From the NCBI GenBank assembly GCA_964594555.1, contig CAZQMT010000004.1, positions 6,917 to 47,129 of the forward strand: a DNA stretch of 40,213 bases. The letters run 5' to 3'. Within the stretch, counting starts at the first letter, position 1; the number at the start of each line of letters is the position of its first letter. Shown in pieces: positions 15,737 through 25,086 of the stretch. A program made the position numbers and the translations under genes. This stretch comes from an uncultured Vicinamibacterales bacterium (lineage in GTDB: Bacteria > Acidobacteriota > Vicinamibacteria > Vicinamibacterales > CAZQMT01). The notes beneath the pieces are model-generated. The model searched no databases. It was given only the letters and a program-made list of their open reading frames with translations, and was not told the DNA's origin.

Positions 15737-17205
15737 CGAAGGATCATAAAGCGCTACCACTGCCGTTCCCGACGTTTGATGACATCCATGTTGCCATCCA
15801 GAATGATGAATCTGAAAGCCCAGAACCTGAAGCCGTAGTTCAACGTGCACGGAAGCTTCGTCAAACGTTGCAGGGCAGTTTTCGTGACGAAGCGGTAAAG
15901 TCGATTTACGCTGAAGCTGAACGCGTAGCACGTCGTGCGTCTCGACAAGTTAGCGGTCGGCATTACGACCTGGATCAGCGTATTGATCGCATCGTTACGT
16001 CTCCGGTCTTTGGTCTCCCTCTGATGCTCCTGATTTTGGCGACCGTTTTTTGGTTGACGATTACGGGGGCTAATTACCCATCTCAAATGCTCGCGAAAAT
16101 GTTTTTTGCGTTGGGAGATCTTGGTGCAGCCATGTTTGAGTCCATTGGGCTACCCTGGTGGATCACAGGTTTCGTCTGGCACGGTGTCTACCGTGGATTG
16201 GCTTGGGTGGTTAGCGTAATGTTGCCTCCGATGGCCATTTTCTTTCCTCTATTCACCATTCTTGAAGACTTCGGATATCTGCCACGGGTGGCTTTCAATC
16301 TTGACTTTCTCTTTCGCAAGGCTGGAGCACATGGCAAGCAAGCCCTTACAATGGCGATGGGGTTTGGCTGCAACGCTGCTGGAGTTGTTGCAACCAGAGT
16401 CATCAATTCTCCGCGTGAGCGTTTAGTTGCAATTTTGACAAACAATTTTGTGCCCTGTAATGGCCGCTTTCCGACTCTAATCATGCTAGCCACAATTTTT
16501 GTTGCTGCAGCTTTTCCTGCGGGGTTTGCATCTTTTGCAGCTGCTGGAGCTGTGGTCAGTATTGTTTTGATTGGGGTTGTCTTCACACTGGCCATGTCTT
16601 GGTTGTTATCTCGAACGATCCTCAAGGGCGAAGCATCGGCTTTTACGCTTGAACTTCCACCTTATCGTCGTCCGGGAATCGGTCGGATTCTTTATACTTC
16701 ACTTATTGACCGTACGGTGTTTGTTCTTTGGCGTGCTGTTTTGACAGCAGTGCCCGCGGGTGGAGTGATTTGGATTCTTGGCAATGTTCACACCGGTGAT
16801 GTGAGTCTGGCTGAGCAGCTCGCGAGTGCATTTGACCCATTGGGTCGAGCTGTGGGTCTCGATGGTGTCATCATGCTGGCGTATTTGATTGCCATTCCGG
16901 CAAATGAAATTGTTGTTCCGACGATGTTAATGGTTTACATGGGTATTGGCATGATGTCTGACCTCGAATCCTTCGACACGATCAGAACACTGCTGGTGGA
17001 TCAACATGGTTGGACTATGTTGACGGCGGTTAACTTAATGCTCTTTTCATTACTCCATAATCCGTGTGCCACGACGATCATTACAATTTACAAGGAAACT
17101 CTTAGCCGACGCTGGACATTTGTGGGTGCCCTTATGCCTCTCGCTCTGGCTTTTTTGGTGACATTTTTTACGGCGACCATTGTCCGATCGCTGAATTTGA
17201 TCTGA
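15733..17205 (+). CDS. feoB: FeoB C-terminal part: ferrous iron permease membrane domain, as a separate polypeptide
   Basis: 490-aa polytopic ORF with FeoB-type gate/nucleoside-recognition-like segments (GFGCNAAGVVATR, LTNNFVPCNGRFP). Its ATG overlaps the G-domain stop as ATGA (15733-15736). Confidence 0.85.
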   Translation: MTKDHKALPLPFPTFDDIHVAIQNDESESPEPEAVVQRARKLRQTLQGSFRDEAVKSIYAEAERVARRASRQVSGRHYDLDQRIDRIVTSPVFGLPLMLLILATVFWLTITGANYPSQMLAKMFFALGDLGAAMFESIGLPWWITGFVWHGVYRGLAWVVSVMLPPMAIFFPLFTILEDFGYLPRVAFNLDFLFRKAGAHGKQALTMAMGFGCNAAGVVATRVINSPRERLVAILTNNFVPCNGRFPTLIMLATIFVAAAFPAGFASFAAAGAVVSIVLIGVVFTLAMSWLLSRTILKGEASAFTLELPPYRRPGIGRILYTSLIDRTVFVLWRAVLTAVPAGGVIWILGNVHTGDVSLAEQLASAFDPLGRAVGLDGVIMLAYLIAIPANEIVVPTMLMVYMGIGMMSDLESFDTIRTLLVDQHGWTMLTAVNLMLFSLLHNPCATTIITIYKETLSRRWTFVGALMPLALAFLVTFFTATIVRSLNLI

Positions 17206-17381
17206 CACTGACCAGGTCATTGGTGTGTAACTTTTAAACGAACAGGTGAGAACCTTCGCATTGAGCATGTATGGACGAGAACATCGTTGATTCACGTTGA
17301 ATGATATTCGTCCGATGCCATAAAGTGCTACGGTTCGCTGAGCTGTTTACGAGTCGCTTCGTAGCTTGCCAGGATGGTTAT

Positions 17382-18290
17382 ATGCGTCAAGTTAAATTCC
17401 TTTTTTTATTAATGGTTTTGTTTTCAGTGGTGGGGGTCTTCACGCAGCAGGCCCCTGTCTTTAGGACGGGCACGCAAATTGTACCGCTTTATGTGACGGT
17501 TACAGACAGAGAGAAACGTCTGGTGCCGGAACTTGAGCAGAAAGATTTTGAAATTTTCGATAACAAACGTCCACAGGCGATTACATTTTTCGACAGCCAG
17601 ATCCAACCGATCACCGTTATCGTAATGCTCGACACGAGTGCGAGCATGACGCCAAACCTCGACTTATTAAAATCTGGGGCTGAGCAGTTTCTTATTCGTC
17701 TCTTGCCTGACGATCAAGGGCGTGTGGGTGCGTTCAACGACAAGATCCAGTTTAGTCCAGAGTTCACTTCTGACCGAGATGATTTAATTTCTGCATTAAG
17801 AGAACTTGATTTCGGTAATCCAACGAGACTTTATGATGCAGTTGACCAGAGCCTTGACCGACTCTTCGGCATTTCCGGCCGCAGAGTACTTCTCGTGTTT
17901 ACCGATGGCGATGATACCGATAGCCGCGTTGGACTAGGCACCGTGCTTAAGCGTGCTCGCGAGGAAGAAGTTATGGTTTATGCCATTGGTCTTGAGAGCG
18001 ACTATTTCAATGGCCTTCGTCGAGTGCGAAGCAAGCCTTCTCGTGGGCTCAAGAAACTTGCTGAGGAAACTGGGGGCGGTTATTTCGAGCTCAAGAAGAC
18101 AGATGATTTAGGTCCAACATTCACAAGGGTGGCTCAAGAGCTACACAGCCAATACGTTCTTGGGTTTATTCCGGAGCAGTTTGACGGGAAAATTCATAAG
18201 CTCGAGGTGAAAGTTAAGCGGCGTGGTATGAATGCGCGGGCACGCCAGAGTTACATTGCTTCGCCCGATAGTCGAACAAGCTTTCGCTAA
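17382..18290 (+). CDS. Secreted VWA-domain protein (the 'VWFA-related Acidobacterial' type)
   Basis: Signal is MRQVKFLFLLMVLFSVVGVFTQQ. FRTGTQIVPLYVTVTD...FEIFDNKRPQ precedes a VWA core with the MIDAS-like motif MLDTSASM. The ATG at 17382 is preceded by AGGATGG. Confidence 0.8.
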   Translation: MRQVKFLFLLMVLFSVVGVFTQQAPVFRTGTQIVPLYVTVTDREKRLVPELEQKDFEIFDNKRPQAITFFDSQIQPITVIVMLDTSASMTPNLDLLKSGAEQFLIRLLPDDQGRVGAFNDKIQFSPEFTSDRDDLISALRELDFGNPTRLYDAVDQSLDRLFGISGRRVLLVFTDGDDTDSRVGLGTVLKRAREEEVMVYAIGLESDYFNGLRRVRSKPSRGLKKLAEETGGGYFELKKTDDLGPTFTRVAQELHSQYVLGFIPEQFDGKIHKLEVKVKRRGMNARARQSYIASPDSRTSFR

Positions 18291-18467
18291 GATTTAATGC
18301 GTATTACCACTCTCTTATCTTGACCCTGTCCGTAAGGTTTTCCCCCAGAATGTTCGCATGTATTCATCTGGGTTAGCTCTGTTACAATTCCACTGTTATG
18401 TGGCTAGACCAATACAGTTTGTTTTTGGCTTTGGTTTTTGGTCGACGAGATATAAACGAAAGGCTTC

Positions 18468-20216
18468 ATGTTTGTTACTCTGAATCGAACGCATCTCTCC
18501 GCCATAGCGGTCGGAGCGTTAGCCATGACAATGATGACGATACTGGAGGGTAGTCTGCAATTACCTGGTGATCGGCCGGCGCAAAATCCTCGTTCCACGC
18601 GATCGGTGGTTATGGGGCGCCAAGGGATGATTGCTACAAGCCAACCCTTGGCTTCTGCAGCTGGATTACGAGTGCTTCAGAACGGTGGGAATGCGATTGA
18701 TGCAGCCGTTGCTGCGGCTGGTGTTCTTTCGGTGGTTGAACCAACGATGAATGGCATCGGGGGCGATCTATTCGCCATTGTTTTCAATTCAGGCACAGGA
18801 AACCTCGATGCTCTTAATGCGAGCGGACGTTCGGCCTATACGGCTACGAGGGACGTATTTACAGAACTTGGACTTAAGCAAATACCAGGGCGAAGCATTC
18901 TGTCTGTTTCAGTTCCAGGAGTGGTTGATGGGTGGGCCGAGTTATTGAACCGCCATGGGACCATGTCCCTCTCCAGTGTTCTGACTCCAGCTATTCAATA
19001 TGCACGAGAGGGCTTCCCTGTTTCTGAAATTATTGCCGAGCAATGGCGGGATGCTGAGGCACTTCTGGTGCGGGACGCCAAGTCTGCTGAGACTTTTCTG
19101 CTTGATGGTCGTGCGCCGGTTGCTGGCTCTATCTTCCGTAACCCTCGGCTAGCTGTTTCACTTGAAATCATTGCAAAAGGTGGGCGAGACGCGTTCTATC
19201 GTGGTGAGATCGCGAAAGCGATTGTAGCCGATATTCAGCGCCGAGAGGGCCTGCTAACAGAACGTGATTTTGCTGAACACCGATCAGACTGGGTTAAACC
19301 AATCAGTACAACATACCGAGGGCACGAAGTTTTTGAGATGCCGCCGAACACTCAAGGAATTACTGCATTAGAAATGCTTAATATTCTTGAAGGGTTTGAC
19401 TTGCAGTCATTGGAACATAATTCAGCGGCTTACCTGCATTTACTTATTGAAGCCAAGCGTATCGCGTTTGCTGATCGTGATGCGTATGTTGCGGATCCTG
19501 ATTCGGTGCCACCGGCGGTTGTAAAAAATTTACTCTCAAAAGATTATGCGAAACGCCGACGTGACGAGATCAGTGTGAGCGCTGCGGCAATGAACTACGC
19601 TCCGGCGGTGGTTGATGGCACCTATCCGGTTTCGCCATCTGTAGTCCCACTTGTGGATAGTCGTGATCTCGGTGACACTATTTATCTCACCGTTGCTGAT
19701 GGGGAAGGAAATGTGATCTCCTTGATTCAGTCTATCTTTAGCAATTTTGGTTCTGGGCTTGTCGCTGGAGATACAGGTATCGCACTACACAACCGAGGCA
19801 GTTTGTTTACATTGCAGTCGGATCACCCGAACACATTAGAACCTCACAAGCGACCACTCCATACACTGATCCCTGCGATGGTGTTCAAGGATGATCGCCC
19901 CTGGTTGTCTTTTGGTGTCATGGGTGGCGGCATGCAACCGCAGGGGCACGTGCAAGTGTTGCTAAACTTAATCGATTTTGGGATGAATATTCAGGAGGCG
20001 GGAGAAACCGCACGATTTCGTCATTCTGAATCTGGAGTTGCTCTCGAGTCGGCAATCGGAGCAGAAGTGCGTTTTGGTCTTAATCAGCTTGGTCATCAGT
20101 TAATCACTAATGTTGGTGCTTTTGGAGGATTTCAGGGGATCTTGATCGACTATGAGCACGATGTACTGATGGGCGGTTCGGATCCTCGCAAGGACGGTTT
20201 GGCCATTGGCTATTAA
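18468..20216 (+). CDS. ggt: Gamma-glutamyltranspeptidase
   Basis: 582-aa ORF with a signal-like N-terminus. It has MIATSQPLASAAG, the autoprocessing/nucleophile region GDTIYLTVADGEGN, and GVMGGGMQPQGH. Confidence 0.9.
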   Translation: MFVTLNRTHLSAIAVGALAMTMMTILEGSLQLPGDRPAQNPRSTRSVVMGRQGMIATSQPLASAAGLRVLQNGGNAIDAAVAAAGVLSVVEPTMNGIGGDLFAIVFNSGTGNLDALNASGRSAYTATRDVFTELGLKQIPGRSILSVSVPGVVDGWAELLNRHGTMSLSSVLTPAIQYAREGFPVSEIIAEQWRDAEALLVRDAKSAETFLLDGRAPVAGSIFRNPRLAVSLEIIAKGGRDAFYRGEIAKAIVADIQRREGLLTERDFAEHRSDWVKPISTTYRGHEVFEMPPNTQGITALEMLNILEGFDLQSLEHNSAAYLHLLIEAKRIAFADRDAYVADPDSVPPAVVKNLLSKDYAKRRRDEISVSAAAMNYAPAVVDGTYPVSPSVVPLVDSRDLGDTIYLTVADGEGNVISLIQSIFSNFGSGLVAGDTGIALHNRGSLFTLQSDHPNTLEPHKRPLHTLIPAMVFKDDRPWLSFGVMGGGMQPQGHVQVLLNLIDFGMNIQEAGETARFRHSESGVALESAIGAEVRFGLNQLGHQLITNVGAFGGFQGILIDYEHDVLMGGSDPRKDGLAIGY

Positions 20217-20269
20217 CACTTGCTGGTCGTTCACTAATGCTTAAGGTGAGGAGATTCCACGCTTTCTGT

Positions 20270-21274
20270 TTAACCGAGCCGAAAGCCTTCGTTTAGAGGA
20301 TCTTCGTCATCAATTAAAAAAGTATGTTCGCCGGTGATCCATGCTGAGCCCTCAATTTCTGGTACGATGCTTTTGTGTTCACCGACGTACGTTCGTCCTT
20401 TAAGTCGACCCGTGAACACGGTTCCCACGATGCTTTCGTGTACGAAGGGTTGATCTTCAGTCAGTAACCCAATCGCGTCGAGTACAGCCATTACGGCTGA
20501 TGTTCCGGTCCCGCATGGAGAACGGTCGACCTGTGCATTTCCAAAAATGGTTACGTTTCGGAGATGGGCCTTAGGGTGATCGGCAGGACCTGTAAAAATT
20601 GTTCCGTAAAGACCAGTAAGACGTGGTTCAGAGGGGTGAGTTGCCGTATGTGTGCGGTCGATTGTTGTTTTGATTTCCATCCCGACTTGTCGAAGTTCAT
20701 CGAGGTGTTCAGCTGTAAGTGGAATACCTACGGCCTCGCTATCGACGATGGCATACCAAGCGCCACCGAAAGCCACGTCGGCCCTGACTGTTCGAGCGCC
20801 AAGTTGGACCTCTACTCCTGGATGTAGTACGAATGACGGGACGTTCAGAAATCTGATGGTGTTCACGATTCGCTGAGTTGTGTCAAAGGTTGCAAAGGCC
20901 TTGATGGGACCTGCAGGTGAATCCAGCACAATGGTGCCTGGTTCATTCTTCAATGTGATGAGATCTCGTTCTAGAATAATTTTTGACACCGCAATAATGC
21001 CATGACCACACATTGTGCTATACCCGTCGTTATGCATAAAGAGCACACCAGCATCAGCGCCAGGTGTTTCTGCTTCAGTTAGGAGTGCGCCGTACATGTC
21101 GCTGTGTCCACGGGGTTCGCGCATCAGAGATCGACGTAGGTCATCACAATGATCTTGCAGCCAAGCGCGCTTTTCGAGCATGGAATCGGCTGAGATAGAT
21201 GGGAACCCATTAACGATTAATCTGAGTGGCTCTCCGGCCACGTGGGCATCAATTGTTTGTATGCGTCTAGTCAT
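20270..21274 (-). CDS. Proline racemase superfamily enzyme (Cys/Cys type: 4-hydroxyproline 2-epimerase or proline racemase)
   Basis: Both catalytic motifs carry Cys: STMCGHGIIA and DRSPCGTGTSA. 334 aa. Confidence 0.85.
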   Translation of the reverse strand: MTRRIQTIDAHVAGEPLRLIVNGFPSISADSMLEKRAWLQDHCDDLRRSLMREPRGHSDMYGALLTEAETPGADAGVLFMHNDGYSTMCGHGIIAVSKIILERDLITLKNEPGTIVLDSPAGPIKAFATFDTTQRIVNTIRFLNVPSFVLHPGVEVQLGARTVRADVAFGGAWYAIVDSEAVGIPLTAEHLDELRQVGMEIKTTIDRTHTATHPSEPRLTGLYGTIFTGPADHPKAHLRNVTIFGNAQVDRSPCGTGTSAVMAVLDAIGLLTEDQPFVHESIVGTVFTGRLKGRTYVGEHKSIVPEIEGSAWITGEHTFLIDDEDPLNEGFRLG

Positions 21275-21357
21275 ATCAACTTGAGAACAATGGGGGCCTA
21301 ATTATAAGCTAGCGTCTGATACTAAATACCGGAAATCATGGCCCACTTTATTATTTG

Positions 21358-22341
21358 ATGCCTTTACTCCTTACAGAATCGGATGTTCAATGCGTGCTTC
21401 CCATGGCCGATTTAATTCTGGCGATGGAGTCGGCGCTTGTCCGATTCTCATCAGACCAGGTCGCACAGCCGCTTCGCAATGTTTTGGAAGTGGGATCAGA
21501 GAAGTCATTTTTTGGTGTTATGCCAGCTTATATTCCTGGATCGTCAGCACTGGGAGTTAAGGTGGTAGGTGTTTTCGATGGTAATGCGAAACGTGGTTTA
21601 GCAAGTCATCTTGCGACAATTGCACTGTTCGACACTGATACGGGTGCCCTTATTGCCTTAATGGATGGCCGCTACATTACTGAAGCGAGAACTGCGGCTG
21701 TTTCTGCGGTTGCGACCCGTCATTTGGCTTGCGAATCTGATGTGGCGAAGGTGTGCGTAATCGGCTCTGGCGTGCAAGCACGCAGTCACCTTCTAGCCCT
21801 CAACTGTATTCGCCAGTTTGTAGAGGTTAGGGTGTGGAGTCCAAACAGAGTGCATCGAGAACGTTTTGCGGAGGAAGAGTCTAAGCGATTTGGGGTGCCG
21901 GTTTTAGCAGTAGAGAATGCTGAAGAGGCTGTGCAAGATTCTGATTTGATAGTTCTCGCGACGTCTGCCTCTGAACCGGTGTTAATGAGTCAGTGGGTTT
22001 CGGATGGGACTCATGTCATCAGTGTTGGAGCTTGTCGGCCGCATCAGCGAGAAATGGACCCGTCTCTTGTGGCGCGTGCACGCCTGTTTGTGGACTCCCG
22101 TGAGTCAGCATTAACTGAGTCAGGTGATATTGTGCTTTCGATTGCAGAGGCTCGTTTTAACGCTGAACATATTGTTGCGGAGATCGGAGAGATAATTTCC
22201 GGACGCGTACAAGGGCGGACTTCTTTATCTGAAGTCACTATTTTTAAGTCTCTTGGTATGGCCGTAGAGGATATAACTGCTGCCGCAATGGTTTACGAAC
22301 GTGCCAGGGTTGAGGGTTTGGGTACCGATGTTTCGATTTAA
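21358..22341 (+). CDS. Ornithine cyclodeaminase / mu-crystallin family NAD(P)H oxidoreductase
   Basis: It has MDGRYITEARTAAVSAVATRHLA, the Rossmann segment VIGSGVQARSH, and ISVGACRP. The ORF-track start at 21355 is TTG; an ATG follows at 21358. Confidence 0.85.
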   Translation: MPLLLTESDVQCVLPMADLILAMESALVRFSSDQVAQPLRNVLEVGSEKSFFGVMPAYIPGSSALGVKVVGVFDGNAKRGLASHLATIALFDTDTGALIALMDGRYITEARTAAVSAVATRHLACESDVAKVCVIGSGVQARSHLLALNCIRQFVEVRVWSPNRVHRERFAEEESKRFGVPVLAVENAEEAVQDSDLIVLATSASEPVLMSQWVSDGTHVISVGACRPHQREMDPSLVARARLFVDSRESALTESGDIVLSIAEARFNAEHIVAEIGEIISGRVQGRTSLSEVTIFKSLGMAVEDITAAAMVYERARVEGLGTDVSI

Positions 22342-22417
22342 TACACGTCAGTTATTCTCGTGGACAGTCAGGTCTTTTTGAATGCCGGAGTTTTTAATTA
22401 AGTTTTCGAGTTCGGTC

Positions 22418-22492
22418 TGGTAGCGGTACGGGGACTCGAACCCCGGTTTCATGGCTGAGAACCACGTGTCCTAACCCCTAGACGATACCGCC
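22418..22492 (-). tRNA. tRNA-Glu (anticodon CUC), CCA encoded
   Basis: A 75-nt cloverleaf read on the minus strand. Acceptor GGCGGTA/TACCGCT (G1-U72 wobble). D-arm GTCT-AGGGGTTA-GGAC. Anticodon arm CGTGG-TTCTCAG-CCATG. T-arm CGGGG-TTCGAGT-CCCCG. Discriminator A, then CCA. Confidence 0.85.
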
Positions 22493-22575
22493 ACGTGGAG
22501 CAGTGCTCACTCTAACAATCGTTCGAGATAGCGTCAACAGTCCTTTCTGGAGGAGAGAACGAGTATGATGAGGGG

Positions 22576-23958
22576 GTGCCACGTTTCTCTATTGTGATCA
22601 CTCTTGTCGCTGCCCTGATTGTAACGGCGGTGTATGTTTTTGCCAGCCGGGTGAAGGGGCCAAGCATCGAGATTCTGCAACCTCAGCATTTAGTGGGCGT
22701 GGAGAGTTTACTCGACGAAACTATCGAGCCTCCTGGTGGAATGCTAAGTGTTGTTGAGAAGGTGCATAAGCAAGGTGATTTAGAGTAACCACTCTTCTCG
22801 CTTGCAGCGCCACAAGATGCGAAAGTTAGTCAAGAGAGTGCCGATCGTGTACGTATTCAACGATCGGTTGGGAAAAATTCGAGCCCTCAACTGAAAGCTG
22901 GATTGGCGCGCTTACTGGTTACTGCTGAACGACCAGCGTTGTTTGGGTTTCGTAATGTTGAAACGGTTGTAGAGCGGGATCTTGAGTTACGGTTTGAGCC
23001 TCCTCGCTTGTCGGTAGTTTCTACACATCATTTCATCGCTCATGGTGGTGCTGAAATGATTGTTTATCGAGTTGATCCGCCAGATGTTGTTTCTGGGGTT
23101 AAAGTTGGTGATGTCGTCTATCCTGGTTATCCAGCAGCTGGTGCGGATGTGGACGATGCTGATCCCACGCTCAAGGTGGCTCTCTTCGCTCTATTACATG
23201 ATCAAGATTTGAAAACACCGATCGAGTTGTTTGCTGAAGACAAAGCCTTAAATCAGGGCCACGCATCAATCGACCATCAAGTCTTCCCTCGAGAGTTTTC
23301 TCGTAGTCGTATCAACGTGACCGATGCATTTATCGATCGCGTTATACCGCTGATTTTAAAACGTTCGCCAGAGCTTGATGTTAATTGGAGACCGGATGAT
23401 GAAATTCGGGTTTCAGCCTTTCAACGAGTTAATGCCGACTTACGTGAGATAAATGCTTCTGTTGTCTTGGCACTAGCAGACCAAACAGCTCCTGAGATAC
23501 TTTGGCAGGATGCTTTCAAGCAGCTCAGTAACTCTCAAGTTGAGTCAAAATTTGCTGACCAACGCACCTATTTCTACAAAGGCAATGAAATAGATCGACA
23601 AGTGCATCTCGGGTTCGATCTGGCTGTTACGGCAGCTGTCCAGGTGAGCGCGGCCAATCGTGGTCGGGTGTTGCACGCTGATTATTTGGGTATCTACGGT
23701 AATTGCGTAGTGCTTGATCACGGTATGGGGCTGCAGTCACTGTATGCGCATCTATCATCGATCAGTGTGCAACCAGGTGAATTGGTTGAGCGAGGACAGA
23801 TGATTGGCAGAAGTGGTATGACGGGGCTGGCTGGTGGTGACCACCTGCATTTCTCTATGTTGCTACAGGGGCGGCCAATTAGTCCCCTTGAGTGGTGGGA
23901 TTCCCACTGGATTCAGGACCGTGTGTTGCGGAAACTCAACGATGCAGGTGGAAAGTAA
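22576..23958 (+). pseudogene. M23-family metalloendopeptidase with N-terminal membrane anchor, interrupted by one in-frame TAA (22786-22788)
   Basis: ORFs 22576-22788 (TM anchor IVITLVAALIVTAVYVF) and 22903-23958 are in the same frame. The 114 nt between them contain no stop. The C-terminal M23 motifs are HLGFDLA and GMTGLAGGDHLHFSM. It may be a true pseudogene or a base-call error. Confidence 0.7.
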
Positions 23959-24107
23959 ATCCTTACAGCCTTGAGAAATACGATAAATACTAGATCCATC
24001 GGTTTACACGGGAACTAGCGTGGCATATGATCCGAGTAGCGTGTTGGGCCGGAATTTTTGTTCCGCCAGCACTCCATTCACAAACATAATCGTCAGGAGA
24101 GTTACGC

Positions 24108-24872
24108 ATGAACTTGAGAAAAATATGGACATCCGTCGTGCCGGTAATTTTGGTGTTTTCGATCGGATGTGGCGGTGATACAGAGGCTCCGGAGGAGTCC
24201 ACATCTCCAGAGCCAGTTGCGGAGTCAGCGGCCACCGGTTCGGCTGGGATCAGTGGCAAAGTTACAGTGGAAGGCGATGTGCCTGAGGCAGAAGTGATAC
24301 GAATGAATGCTGACCCTGTGTGTGTCGGGGAAACTTCTGGAGATCAGCTTACAGAGTTTTTTCTTCTTGGTGAGGAGGGTGCGCTTGGCAACGTCTTTGT
24401 CTATGTGAAAGAAGGCGTTAGCGGTAAGTTCGATCCTCCGCCCACAGTAACCATGGATCAAAAAGGATGTCGTTATACCCCGCATGTATTCGGAGTACAG
24501 GTTGGTCAGACTCTTACGATCGTCAATAGTGATCCCACTCTTCACAATGTACACGCGCTTCCAGCGAGCAATGAAGAATTTAATATGGGACAACCGGTCC
24601 AAGGCATGAAATTAGATAGGACCTTTACTGCCGAGGAAGTTATGGTCCCCTTCAAATGCGATGTACATGGTTGGATGAATGCTTACGTTGGAGTTTTATC
24701 TCATCCGTTCTTCGCAGTTAGTGGTGAGGGTGGGAGCTTCAGTATCGACAACTTGCCTGCAGGTGACTATGTTGTCGAAGCTTGGCACGAAAAACTTGGT
24801 ACACAAACTCAGAATGTGACGGTGGGCGATGGTGAGAAGCAGGAGATTTCCTTTACCTTCTCTGCTAGCTAG
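24108..24872 (+). CDS. Lipoprotein with type-1-copper-like cupredoxin domain and C-terminal carboxypeptidase-regulatory-like domain
   Basis: Lipobox is VFSIGCGG. Candidate copper ligands are LHNVH ... FKCDVHGWM (H, C-x2-H-x2-M). The tail GGSFSIDNLPAGDYVVEAWHEKLG is typical of beta-sandwich CarboxypepD_reg-like domains. Confidence 0.65.
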   Translation: MNLRKIWTSVVPVILVFSIGCGGDTEAPEESTSPEPVAESAATGSAGISGKVTVEGDVPEAEVIRMNADPVCVGETSGDQLTEFFLLGEEGALGNVFVYVKEGVSGKFDPPPTVTMDQKGCRYTPHVFGVQVGQTLTIVNSDPTLHNVHALPASNEEFNMGQPVQGMKLDRTFTAEEVMVPFKCDVHGWMNAYVGVLSHPFFAVSGEGGSFSIDNLPAGDYVVEAWHEKLGTQTQNVTVGDGEKQEISFTFSAS

Positions 24873-25086
24873 TAGTGTTCTTGATGGCCAAGGGTAATTT
24901 CTACGCGGCAATTGTACAAGAGCAGTGTGAAAATATTGTTTACTAGAGACGATCGGCATTGAAAAACCGAACGTAATCCTCCGAAGGCATCACATATGGG
25001 AGATGTACTTCGACTCGTTGAGATCGGACCGTAGTTTTGGGCGCGGGGATATCTTGGTTTTCCCCGCGTCGCGTTCTCCTTCTGTG

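Noticed and set aside
22342-22575. tRNA-Glu as the attachment site of a genomic island
   Set aside because: There is no integrase, no recombinase and no repeat of the tRNA 3' end visible on either side. The flanking genes are ordinary metabolic or envelope genes.
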